Positions 55,356 to 64,000 of a stretch of DNA of 64,000 nucleotides are shown here, one piece after another (the stretch's first letter is position 1; each line of letters opens with the position of its first letter). The notes below the pieces were generated by a model that was not told the origin of the DNA, did no database searches, and saw only the letters and a program-made list of their open reading frames with translations. The position numbers and the translations under genes were made by a program. Origin of the DNA: Euryarchaeota archaeon UBA130 (GTDB taxonomy: Archaea; Thermoplasmatota; Poseidoniia; Poseidoniales; Thalassarchaeaceae); contig DAVY01000009.1 of NCBI GenBank assembly GCA_002505775.1, forward strand, positions 23,356 through 87,355, read 5' to 3'.

Positions 55356-56321
55356 ATGGTCGAGCCACCCGGGGACAGAATTCTTGTCACGGGGGCACTA
55401 GGTCAGATAGGAACTGAGCTGGTTTCGGAACTAAGGAAAAAGCATGGTAATGATACTGTTCTTGCCACAGACATCAGAGAACCAGATAATGATCGATACT
55501 TTCCAGAAGGGCCATTTTGCAATCTAAGTGTACTAGACGGCGAAGCCATGGAGAAAACAGTCACTGACGAGGGAATTGGGACAGTTTACCATCTCGCTGC
55601 AATTTTATCCGCCACAGGTGAGAAAAATCCAGAGCTCTGTCATAGGGTGAATGTCGGAGGAACTGTTACTGTGCTGGAGACGGCTAGAGATTTCGGCCTG
55701 AAGGTATTCGTGCCTTCTTCAATAGCAGTTTTTGGCCCAGACTCACCAAGGATTGCACCACAAAAAGCAACTCTAAACCCTACTACGACTTATGGTAAGA
55801 CAAAAGTCACAGGAGAGGTCTTGGGTATGAATTATTTCAAGCAATACGGGGTTGACATCAGAGGACTCAGATATCCAGGTTTGATTTCATGGAAAGCACC
55901 TGCAGGTGGGGGAACTACTGACTATGCAGTTGACATCTTCCACGCAGCAATTAATGATGGGCATTACAATTGCTTTGTTAGTGAGGATACTAGACTGCCA
56001 ATGATGTATATCGATGACGCAATCATGGCAACAGAAATGATAATGCAGGCCGATGGGAGTAGCCTCGGTACATCTAGGGCTGGTTACAATATCAGAGGGT
56101 GTTCATTCACTGCTGGAGAACTGGCGGATAGAATTTCCCTCAGGATTCCAGAATTCACATGTGATTTCAATCCCGATTTCAGACAGAAGGTTGCCGACTC
56201 TTGGCCAAATGATGTTGATGATAATCCAGCTAAGGATGATTGGGGCTGGGAGGCTAATTTCAATTTGGATAGAATAGTGGACGAAATGTTAGAAAATCTC
56301 AGGAAAAATCAGTCTTCCTGA
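55356..56321 (+). CDS. tdh: L-threonine 3-dehydrogenase, short-chain (UDP-galactose-4-epimerase-like) type
   Basis: ILVTGALGQIGTEL, YHLAAILSATGEKNP, YGKTK, RYPGLISWKAPAGGGTTDYAV and DFRQKVADSWP match my memory of SDR-type TDH. I chose ATG 55356. Confidence 0.8.
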   Translation: MVEPPGDRILVTGALGQIGTELVSELRKKHGNDTVLATDIREPDNDRYFPEGPFCNLSVLDGEAMEKTVTDEGIGTVYHLAAILSATGEKNPELCHRVNVGGTVTVLETARDFGLKVFVPSSIAVFGPDSPRIAPQKATLNPTTTYGKTKVTGEVLGMNYFKQYGVDIRGLRYPGLISWKAPAGGGTTDYAVDIFHAAINDGHYNCFVSEDTRLPMMYIDDAIMATEMIMQADGSSLGTSRAGYNIRGCSFTAGELADRISLRIPEFTCDFNPDFRQKVADSWPNDVDDNPAKDDWGWEANFNLDRIVDEMLENLRKNQSS

Positions 56322-57922
56322 TCTTCCTCGTCCTTCCAGTCAGGGGTAGTTGGATCCTGCTTTGCCCACAAGACATCATTTATTCTCAGAACACTAATTG
56401 TCGCCTCCGTAGATCCAGAGATTGAGTGGCTTGTTACAAAAAGCGGGTCCAAAATTCCCAGCTGATCCATTCTAGCCTTCTTCCCAGTCATCGCATCGAG
56501 TCCAATCCAAGCCCCATCATCTCGATCAGATGTCTGTGCTGCAGACAAATCTAGTAACACATCAATTGGGTCTAGGCCAGCATTCTCGGCCAGAGTTCTG
56601 GGAATTACTTCGAGAGCAGCCGCATAAGCCTCCATTGCCAACTGTTCTCGCCCAGGATTTCCCAATGCGAATGACCGAATGTGCCTAGCTAAATGGGTTT
56701 GAATGGCGCCTCCTCCTGGAACGACTCTTGAGTCTCTGAGCATTCTGAATGATACGCCCATAGCATCATCAAAAGACCTCATAGATTCTTCTCTGATCTG
56801 CGGAGATGTCCCCCTAAAGACCACAGTAAGAGCACCCATTTCGGAACCTTTGATGGTCGTATGTGTCACACCTGCAATTGACTCCTCCTTCCTGCTTGTA
56901 AAAACACCAAGATCTTCCCCTGAAGCTCTTGAAGGGTCTCTTATTATCCTCGCTCCTGTGATTCTGGATAGGATCTCCAAGTCACCTCTCTCAAACCGTC
57001 TGTAAGTTGTAATTCCCGAATCCGACAGCATCGATATCGCTTCCTCTGAGATTCCATCTCTAACAATAAGCAGGTCCACGTCCAGCGATGAAAGGTGATC
57101 GACCGACTTCTTGAGCTTTGCAAGAGACCTCTCATGAAATCCCCTGAGGACACCAGGGCTACTAACTTCTATCTCGGCCTCCATCTCCAATTTTGCATTT
57201 TCCAATCCGCCATCTATGATAGCTATCGTGCCCCCTCCGGAGGCTTCAGGAGTTCCCATGTCAACTCTCGATTTCGCAATCATGAGGCCGTTGACGAGTG
57301 AGCTATCTGTGGATGAACCGCCCCCTACCTCAAGCCTCTTAACCCTCAATCTTTCCAAGTCATCGCTTCCTTCCTCCTCCGAAAGTATCCCAGCCGCTTC
57401 TAATGCGATATCCGTAATATGGGATGCCAATGAAGTACTTACTTTCCCTGCTAATGTCGTTGAGATTACCGATTTTACTTCATCTGGATAATTAGCACGC
57501 CTTGATATCCTTTCCAGTTCGGAGATAGCTTCTCTCTCAGCCTGTATGTAGCCACTTATTATTGTGGAAGGGTGAATGCCCATTCTCACTAGCTCTAGAG
57601 AATTCTGTAGTAATTCTGCAGTTAGAACGACAGTCGATGTTGTGCCGTCCCTTGCTGATTTGTCCTGTGATGAGGATGCGGATATTAACAACCTAGCAGT
57701 GGGATGTTCAACCTTGGCAGTTTCAATCACAGTGACTCCGTCGTTGGTAACCAGACTCCCTCCATCTGCATCGACCAGCATTTTGTCTAAGCCTCTGGGC
57801 CCAAGGGTTGACCTTACGGCCCCGGCAAGTGCAACGGCCGCCTTGACATTATTCACCAAAGCTGCACGACCCTCTAATCGATCGGTGTCTTGTATTGCAA
57901 CATCATGCTCAGCCTGCACCAT
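56309..57922 (-). CDS. ths: Thermosome subunit (group II chaperonin)
   Basis: TLGPRGLDKMLVD, DGTTSTVVL and VPGGGA motifs. ATG 57922 gives the canonical distance to the GPRG motif. Its 3' end overlaps the tdh 3' end by 13 nt. Confidence 0.93.
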   Translation of the reverse strand: MVQAEHDVAIQDTDRLEGRAALVNNVKAAVALAGAVRSTLGPRGLDKMLVDADGGSLVTNDGVTVIETAKVEHPTARLLISASSSQDKSARDGTTSTVVLTAELLQNSLELVRMGIHPSTIISGYIQAEREAISELERISRRANYPDEVKSVISTTLAGKVSTSLASHITDIALEAAGILSEEEGSDDLERLRVKRLEVGGGSSTDSSLVNGLMIAKSRVDMGTPEASGGGTIAIIDGGLENAKLEMEAEIEVSSPGVLRGFHERSLAKLKKSVDHLSSLDVDLLIVRDGISEEAISMLSDSGITTYRRFERGDLEILSRITGARIIRDPSRASGEDLGVFTSRKEESIAGVTHTTIKGSEMGALTVVFRGTSPQIREESMRSFDDAMGVSFRMLRDSRVVPGGGAIQTHLARHIRSFALGNPGREQLAMEAYAAALEVIPRTLAENAGLDPIDVLLDLSAAQTSDRDDGAWIGLDAMTGKKARMDQLGILDPLFVTSHSISGSTEATISVLRINDVLWAKQDPTTPDWKDEEDQED

Positions 57923-58033
57923 GACGGTCGGAATCAAGCAATAGATTTCAAGCTCTCCATCACTAATACGCCCCAATTTACCTGATATGCTATTCACAAA
58001 ATGAACATATTCATATAGGAAACTGCTCTCCGA

Positions 58034-58041
58034 CTATACAA
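58034..58041 (+). promoter_or_regulatory. Candidate TATA box for the Hsp20-like/dnaK transcription unit
   Basis: CTATACAA is centred about 26 nt upstream of ATG 58064, the spacing expected for a leaderless archaeal mRNA. The call is by eye only. Confidence 0.3.
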
Positions 58042-58063
58042 CCGATGGTTAAGTAGTGGTCAA

Positions 58064-58660
58064 ATGGATAACTCAAACTCTGACGAATGGGAACGAAAAA
58101 TGATCCAGCAGATGCTGAATCTCTTCAGTCAGATGGGAATGCCGATAGATAGATCTGAGCTTGAGGACACTATCACCAGAATTCGTCAGCAATTCGAAAG
58201 TATGGGAATTGACGCGGAGAAGATCTACAACAGCAACGTCAAAATGAACTTCCAGGGGGATCCCGAGAACTTCAGGAAGCAAATGGAAGCCTTCATGAAT
58301 CATCCAGAAGGTTTCTCGGAGATGTTCAAGAATATGGGAATCAACGTCCAAGTCGGGCCCGACAAAGAGCCTGCTGACGTGAAAATAGATGATGAACAGG
58401 AAGAAGAGTGCGACGTCCCCCTAGAAGACACCTATGTCGAAGGCGATTCAATGTTCGTTACTATAGACGTCTCAAATATAATCGATTTAGACGAGACCAG
58501 CTTCGAGCTGATTCTGTCTCACGGGGGCAAAGTTCTTCAGATTATGAGAAGAACCCAACTTAGGCCAATAAAGAGTATCAACCTGCCACAAGCGGCGACT
58601 TCAGTTTCAGAGTGGAGCCTGAACAATGGTATTCTAGACATTATTTTCGATAAGGCTTAG
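58064..58660 (+). CDS. Met-rich protein with a C-terminal Hsp20/alpha-crystallin-like domain
   Basis: The C-terminal ~85 aa follow the ACD pattern (MFVTIDVSN..., [27 protein letters not shown]). The N-terminal half has three FxxMG[MI] repeats. It lies 22 nt upstream of dnaK. Confidence 0.6.
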   Translation: MDNSNSDEWERKMIQQMLNLFSQMGMPIDRSELEDTITRIRQQFESMGIDAEKIYNSNVKMNFQGDPENFRKQMEAFMNHPEGFSEMFKNMGINVQVGPDKEPADVKIDDEQEEECDVPLEDTYVEGDSMFVTIDVSNIIDLDETSFELILSHGGKVLQIMRRTQLRPIKSINLPQAATSVSEWSLNNGILDIIFDKA

Positions 58661-58682
58661 CCTATCAAACGGAGGAACAAAA

Positions 58683-60563
58683 ATGACTGGACCAGTAATT
58701 GGAATAGATTTAGGAACAACAAATAGCTGTGTAGCGACCCTCGAGGCGGGAAAACCAGTGGTAATCCCAAACTCGGAAGGATCAAGGACAACTCCGAGCG
58801 TCGTTGCCTTTTCTAAGAATGAAGGGGATAGAGTCGTAGGGATAACAGCAAAACGCCAAGCAGTAACCAACTCGGAGAGGACCATAATGTCCGTAAAAAG
58901 AGAGATGGGGACTGACTGGAAGACAGATATTGATGGGTCAGAGTATACTCCACAGGAGATTTCGGCATTCATACTTCAGAAGCTAAAATCCGATGCTGAA
59001 GACTACCTTGGACGAGAAGTTAAGCAAGCTGTAATAACCTGTCCCGCATACTTCACAGATGCACAAAGGCAGGCAACTAAAGATGCGGGGAGAATAGCCG
59101 GGCTTGAGGTTCTCAGGATTATCAATGAGCCTACAGCAGCCGCACTCGCATATGGAGTAGACAAAGACGACGATCAAACGATATTGGTCTACGATTTGGG
59201 GGGTGGAACATTCGATGTATCAGTTCTTGAAATCTATCAAGTGGATGGTCAACCTCAGATCGAGGTTAAAGCCACCAGTGGAGACAATCGTCTTGGAGGA
59301 GACGATTTCGATGAAGTTGTCATCGATTGGCTGGTATCCGAGTTCAAGAAATCGACTGGAATAGATCTTTCTAGTGACGTTACAGCTCTTACCAGGTTAA
59401 GAGAGGCCGCCGAGAAGGCCAAGATTGAGCTCTCTGGAACTGCTACCACCCAAATCAATTTACCATTCATCACGATGAGTGGTGATGGCCAGCCAGAACA
59501 TCTTGACATCTCTCTTTCCAGGGCTAAATTTGAGAGCCTCATAGAAGATCTAGTTGAGAGGACAATGGCGCCTACTCGCAGAGCTATGAAAGACGCTGGA
59601 ATCAAGAAAGGCAATGTCGACAAGGTAATACTCGTTGGTGGTTCAACAAGGGTTCCTGCTGTTCAGGAAGCCATTGAGAAGGAAGTTGGTAAGCCACCCT
59701 TCAAGGGAATAAATCCCGATGAAGCCGTTGCAGTCGGAGCTGTCTTGCAAGCCGGGATAATTACTGGAGATGAGGGAGTTACAGACGTTCTCCTGCTTGA
59801 TGTTACTCCATTGACCCTGGGAATTGAAACTCTTGGAGGAATAATGACTACTATGATCGAGAGGAATACTACTATTCCGACTCGAAGATCAGAGACATTC
59901 TCAACAGCTGCTGATAACCAACCTGCGGTGGAAGTACACGTATTACAGGGGGAAAGGGAATTTGCGAAGGACAACATTACCCTAGGAAGGTTCCACCTAA
60001 TGGGCATCCCCCCTTCCCCAAGGGGCATTCCCCAAATTGAAGTCACCTTCGACATTGACGCTAACGGAATTGTCAATGTTTCAGCCAAAGATCTTGGTAC
60101 CGGGACCGAGCAGTCGATTAAAATCGAGAGCCAGACTTCTCTATCTGAAGATGAAATTAATGCTAAGATTTCAGAGGCCGAAGAGTTCGCTTCGGAGGAT
60201 AAGAGGAGGAAGGCAGGAGTTACGCTGATCAATTCTGCAGATGGAATGGTATACCAATCAACCAAGATGTTAAAGGAAGCCGCTGAAAAAATTTCTGACC
60301 TTGATACTGAACCTATTCATGCAAAGCTAGAAGAACTCAGGTCATTGATAACCAAAGATGACAAGACCATTGATGTTGATGAATTAGATGAAGCAGCTGT
60401 TCAGGCAAAGATGGCAGAAGTCGAAGAGTCCCTTCATGAAGTTTCAGCCAAGCTTTACGAAGCAGCCGCCGCAGAAATGGCCGAAGAGCAGGAATCAGGT
60501 AACACAGATGATGTCGTAGAGGCTGACTTCGAGGAAGTTGATTCTGAGGACACCGATGAGTAG
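58683..60563 (+). CDS. dnaK: Molecular chaperone DnaK (Hsp70)
   Basis: [37 protein letters not shown] and an acidic C-terminal tail. GGAGGA lies 6 nt upstream of the ATG. Confidence 0.96.
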   Translation: MTGPVIGIDLGTTNSCVATLEAGKPVVIPNSEGSRTTPSVVAFSKNEGDRVVGITAKRQAVTNSERTIMSVKREMGTDWKTDIDGSEYTPQEISAFILQKLKSDAEDYLGREVKQAVITCPAYFTDAQRQATKDAGRIAGLEVLRIINEPTAAALAYGVDKDDDQTILVYDLGGGTFDVSVLEIYQVDGQPQIEVKATSGDNRLGGDDFDEVVIDWLVSEFKKSTGIDLSSDVTALTRLREAAEKAKIELSGTATTQINLPFITMSGDGQPEHLDISLSRAKFESLIEDLVERTMAPTRRAMKDAGIKKGNVDKVILVGGSTRVPAVQEAIEKEVGKPPFKGINPDEAVAVGAVLQAGIITGDEGVTDVLLLDVTPLTLGIETLGGIMTTMIERNTTIPTRRSETFSTAADNQPAVEVHVLQGEREFAKDNITLGRFHLMGIPPSPRGIPQIEVTFDIDANGIVNVSAKDLGTGTEQSIKIESQTSLSEDEINAKISEAEEFASEDKRRKAGVTLINSADGMVYQSTKMLKEAAEKISDLDTEPIHAKLEELRSLITKDDKTIDVDELDEAAVQAKMAEVEESLHEVSAKLYEAAAAEMAEEQESGNTDDVVEADFEEVDSEDTDE

Positions 60564-62087
60564 CTAGTTTTCGGTAATAAGCCTATGAAGGGTCCTGACG
60601 TGTATCCCTGATGTCCCATACTGGAAAAGTGGATTGACACTCTCTGAGCTGGCTTTTGAGCCCGGCCCCCATGCCGATCCAGCGATATCTAGGTGTACCC
60701 ATGGTATCTTTTCTCCATCCTTTTCGAACCCTCTGTTGGGAACGAAGAACTCTAGGAAAGCTGCGGCAGTGTTTGATGAACCGGCTCTTCCCCCTATTGA
60801 ACCGTTTCTTATATCTGCAAATGCGGAGTCAGTCATGTACTTTCGGAACTGATCGTTCAACGGCATTCTCCAAACTTCCTCACCACTTCTTTCCGCGGCG
60901 TTTTTTAGTCTAGATGCGACATTATCATCATTTGACCACATCCCTGAAATCTGATTTCCCAAGGCTACAATGACGGCCCCAGTCAAGGTAGCCAGATCCA
61001 CAATATATTCTGGATCAAACTCTCCCGCTTTCCATAGCCCATCTGAAAGTACGTTTCTCCCCTCTGCATCTGTACTGAATACCTCTACCGTCTTTCCTGA
61101 ATAAGTCTTGAAGACGTCCCCTGGTCGATAAGCACCAGACCCAGGCATATTCTCTGCAAGACAGGAGATTCCATTCACGCGTCTCTTGTAACCTGTGGAA
61201 TGCAACGCCTCCATGAGTCCGAATACAGTAGCAGCGCCACACATATCATATTTCATATCCCACATGCCACTGGTTGGCTTGATGGATATTCCTCCAGTAT
61301 CAAATGTAATTCCTTTCCCAACAATACAAGGTCTTCGTACACCCTCATCGGCATCTGGATTGAGTGTGAATAGTACCATGCAGGGCTTCCTGTCACTGCC
61401 CTTTCCGACATTGATTAGACCGCCCATTCCAAGGTCGTGCAACTTATCCCAATCATAAACCTCGACAGATACATTTTCTTTATCTTTGGCCCATTCTAAG
61501 GCCCTTCTGGCATACTCCATTGGATAGAGGATGTTAGCTGGTTCGTTACCTAGATCGCGTGCTAAATGCACCCCACCAGTTACCGATTGAATTAGCAAAA
61601 GCCTTTCAGAAAGTGCCTTTTGATACCTGGAACTGGCTTGGAAATCGACATCCCAATCGTCATTTATGTGTTCATCTGAGACTTCTTGGTGCTCTAAGAA
61701 TTCATAATCTCTTAGCATCATTCCCTCAGCGAAATCCAACATTCTATCGGCTGTCCATCCTGATGTGAACCTGACTGTGATGCCGACCCCATTCTTTTTT
61801 GACAATGAGGAGATGGTCCTAGCCCCAATATTTCGCGCGATTTTGTGGTTCAAACTATCTCTGGCACCCATTCCGACAAGAACAATGTTACACCCAGGTG
61901 TCCAAAGCGTCATTTTCTTGCCCTTCTTGCCGTCAAATTCCTGTGAATTGAGTGCGTCCCTGACTAGTCCTCTCTGTACTCTGGATAATCCGGCCAAAGA
62001 GTTATTTGGAGCCTTATCGTTGCCCTCGAAAAGAGGCAAAATTAATTGTTTTCTCGGTTTTGTAAATTCGCTGTTACCTATCTGCAT
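60564..62087 (-). CDS. pepA: Leucyl aminopeptidase (M17 family)
   Basis: M17 motifs VGKGITFDTGG, the NTDAEGR variant STDAEGRNVLSD, and DLATLTGA. Confidence 0.9.
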   Translation of the reverse strand: MQIGNSEFTKPRKQLILPLFEGNDKAPNNSLAGLSRVQRGLVRDALNSQEFDGKKGKKMTLWTPGCNIVLVGMGARDSLNHKIARNIGARTISSLSKKNGVGITVRFTSGWTADRMLDFAEGMMLRDYEFLEHQEVSDEHINDDWDVDFQASSRYQKALSERLLLIQSVTGGVHLARDLGNEPANILYPMEYARRALEWAKDKENVSVEVYDWDKLHDLGMGGLINVGKGSDRKPCMVLFTLNPDADEGVRRPCIVGKGITFDTGGISIKPTSGMWDMKYDMCGAATVFGLMEALHSTGYKRRVNGISCLAENMPGSGAYRPGDVFKTYSGKTVEVFSTDAEGRNVLSDGLWKAGEFDPEYIVDLATLTGAVIVALGNQISGMWSNDDNVASRLKNAAERSGEEVWRMPLNDQFRKYMTDSAFADIRNGSIGGRAGSSNTAAAFLEFFVPNRGFEKDGEKIPWVHLDIAGSAWGPGSKASSESVNPLFQYGTSGIHVRTLHRLITEN

Positions 62088-62182
62088 AAATAGCCCGAAG
62101 TATGCGATTAGAAGCTAGTTTACAAATAATTCTGTTGCAAATATTCAATTTTGAATGCAAACTAACTTTTTGAAAGGTCAAA

Positions 62183-63655
62183 TCAATTCTCAAAAATCCT
62201 CCTTCTCTGATTTACTGCCGCCGCGGCGAACGCGAGAAGGAGAGTAAGCATCGAAGGAGCCGGAAGAAGGCTCGAGCTACCAGCGTTAATCACTACCACG
62301 CTCTCATCTATCAACTCCTCGGTCCACATCGAGGAATCTATAACTCTCTTCTGATAGTAAAGGGCCCAGATCCCCTTATCATCCGATATCGGAGCACGGG
62401 TGAAATCTAGCATAGCGACAGTGGTATTTGTTGCATTGACTGAGAAACCCAACCCCGAAGCAGAGAAGTTGAATTCAGACACCAACTCATGAATGTCCAT
62501 ATCAGTGCCCATTTCTATGGGCCCGTCTAATCCGGGAAGCCAAAATTCCGTCGAGTCTTCATTTTCGAAGTATAGCAAAGTGGCATTAGATGTACTAGCG
62601 TGTCCTTGATTTGAGACACTCAATCTTACCTCCCCGTCCACTTCTTCTAGAGAATCTACAACTAGACGAGCTCTCCAGTACCATACATTTTCGATGAGAT
62701 AATGCATTACATCAAGCTCCTCGCCCAATCTTTCTGAGAGTGGCTCTATGGTTCCCAGCAGGAATTGCTCATCGTCTGTCTCGAACGTGAATGTTGGATA
62801 GCCCATTACACCATAGCCGTAGTCCCGACTAGTTCCACAATTGGGGTATAGGCCTTGGTTGGCATTGCGAATAGGGATTTCAGAGATGTTTGAATTCACT
62901 TCATCTCTGATGTGGTGATACATTTCCCAGTCAGAAGGTTGCTCTGGCCACTTTCCCCATGGGTAGAGCATAATCCAAACTCCAGTGTGCATCGTGATGT
63001 ACAGGTCGGCATCAGGAACGACTTCATTCATGTAGATTGAATTAGCCAAAGTCTCAGACTCACTGAATGCTGAACTTCCCGGTTGGGTCGAATCACATGT
63101 GTTCCAGTAATGGTCATAGTTCCTATTCAGGTCTACTTGGTTTACATTCCACCTCGTATCAAAGTCATTACCATCTGCATTCAGCATTATGAGGATGTGC
63201 AATTCAGTATTAGATAATATCTCAAGTACCTGCTGATCTCCGGCCACCCACCCCTGAATGTAGTATTCCGCAACTAAGAAGGCAAGCTCAGTTCCCAGAT
63301 GCTCATTGCCATGGTGGCCACCATCTATGTAGACAACTTCTTTGCGTTCTCCATTAGATTTGTAGTGTTCGCAATCATCGATCTCACCAAGGCCATCGGA
63401 ACAAGCCCCCCCGTTCCAGTCAGAGATTTGTAACATCCATATTTCTCTTCCTAATTCAGTCTTCCCAATACTGAATAACTCGACTATCTCGGGGTAGTCA
63501 TCAGACCATTCATTTAGGTCCAAGGTCAGTGTAGCGTAAGAATGGTACCAATGCTCTTGAATGATATCTGGTTGGCCAATCTGGGCAGTCACCAACGGAG
63601 ATGCTGATGTTGCCAACAAGGAAGATAGAATCAACGACACTAACCATAGGCGCAT
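62183..63655 (-). CDS. Secreted M14-family zinc carboxypeptidase with a C-terminal hydrophobic anchor
   Basis: A signal peptide follows ATG 63655 (MRLWLVSLILSSLLATSASP). It has the zinc motif GGHHGNEHLG and the motif VDLNRNY. The C-terminal TM plus RRR is LLPAPSMLTLLLAFAAAAVNQRRR. Confidence 0.8.
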   Translation of the reverse strand: MRLWLVSLILSSLLATSASPLVTAQIGQPDIIQEHWYHSYATLTLDLNEWSDDYPEIVELFSIGKTELGREIWMLQISDWNGGACSDGLGEIDDCEHYKSNGERKEVVYIDGGHHGNEHLGTELAFLVAEYYIQGWVAGDQQVLEILSNTELHILIMLNADGNDFDTRWNVNQVDLNRNYDHYWNTCDSTQPGSSAFSESETLANSIYMNEVVPDADLYITMHTGVWIMLYPWGKWPEQPSDWEMYHHIRDEVNSNISEIPIRNANQGLYPNCGTSRDYGYGVMGYPTFTFETDDEQFLLGTIEPLSERLGEELDVMHYLIENVWYWRARLVVDSLEEVDGEVRLSVSNQGHASTSNATLLYFENEDSTEFWLPGLDGPIEMGTDMDIHELVSEFNFSASGLGFSVNATNTTVAMLDFTRAPISDDKGIWALYYQKRVIDSSMWTEELIDESVVVINAGSSSLLPAPSMLTLLLAFAAAAVNQRRRIFEN

Positions 63656-63683
63656 AATCGACTGAGAGGGTTCCAAGATACAA

Positions 63684-64000
63684 TCATTCTCCCTTCTCGT
63701 TCAGTATTCTTGCACAATGACATGACAATATCTTAGTCGCGATGAGCGCGGCATTAAACTCAGTCAGAGGACCGTCTTTCCCTGGGGCAATTTCATTAAC
63801 ATCTGCACCCAAAACTTCAGTCCCAGCCGCGGAGAAGATCCTCTCGATTACCTCAACCGCTGCCCAGTATGAGAGCCCGCCCGGAACCGGAGTTCCAGTC
63901 GAGGGAACCAACTTTCCATCGAGTCCATCTATGTCAAAGGTAATCCATACCGGGCCCGAAATCTTAGAGATACTTTCTAGCAGTAATTCCCAACCCCCCA
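63684..64000 (-). CDS. Arginase/agmatinase (ureohydrolase) family protein, C-terminal part; the 5' end lies beyond the window
   Basis: My translation to the window edge reads ...WITFDIDGLDGKLVPSTGTPVPGGLSYWAAVEVI...GADVNEIAPGKD, the ureohydrolase Mn-binding DxDxxD and PGG motifs. The 'M' at 63911 in the ORF track is an internal TTG. Confidence 0.8.
   Translation of the reverse strand, partial: GGWELLLESISKISGPVWITFDIDGLDGKLVPSTGTPVPGGLSYWAAVEVIERIFSAAGTEVLGADVNEIAPGKDGPLTEFNAALIATKILSCHCARILNEKGE

Noticed and set aside
59663-60265. A 200-aa minus-strand ORF, and other minus-strand ORFs, inside dnaK.
   Set aside because: They are antisense shadows of a highly conserved Hsp70 gene and show no recognisable domain.
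1-64000. Search by eye for rRNA, tRNA, CRISPR repeats, IS elements or transposases, integrases and long tandem repeats.
   Set aside because: All intergenic gaps are 162 bp or shorter (or occupied by a candidate small ORF), and none shows cloverleaf-like or repeat-spacer structure. No ORF resembles a transposase or integrase. The only repeats seen are intragenic protein-level Asp-rich modules. A covariance-model or repeat-finder scan would be needed to be definitive.

Overview
This window is a very compact, almost entirely protein-coding archaeal chromosome segment. My gene calls leave about 2 kb of 64 kb intergenic. The archaeal assignment rests on a thermosome, aIF-1A, a Rio kinase/KH cluster, an Hjc resolvase, the chromatin protein MC1, Cdc48, a Sec11-type signal peptidase and a presenilin-type protease. 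The respiratory and proteolytic gene content suggests an aerobic heterotrophic Thermoplasmatota or Marine Group II/III-like lineage, but that placement is tentative. In order, the window holds: the end of the complex I operon (nuoL-M-N); the aIF1A-Rio-KH ribosome biogenesis cluster; a leucine-catabolism cluster (methylcrotonyl-CoA carboxylase plus hydratase); a YdeP-type molybdoenzyme; serS; folC and dCMP deaminase; an Lhr-type helicase; a secretion and membrane-protease neighbourhood; Hjc, a macro-domain protein and MC1; a succinate dehydrogenase operon; an aldehyde dehydrogenase; Cdc48 with a PRC-barrel gene; a DUF4350/DUF58 membrane cluster; tRNA-modification genes; thrS; pyrG; tdh; a chaperone locus (thermosome, an Hsp20-like protein, DnaK); and exported or cytosolic peptidases. 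I saw no rRNA, tRNA, CRISPR array, transposase, integrase or obvious defence island. No convincing new multi-gene system stands out. The most unusual items are a dnaK locus without grpE or dnaJ that is preceded by a Met-rich alpha-crystallin-like protein, a strikingly eukaryote-like CTP synthase, an aIF1A with a long eukaryote-style acidic tail, a Cdc48-PRC-barrel pair, a macro-domain/Hjc pair, an unannotated CPxCG zinc-ribbon micro-ORF, and a zinc-finger membrane protein with matching CCCH knuckles at both ends. All family assignments come from motif recognition by eye or memory, and start codons were chosen by inspection. Nothing was searched against a database.
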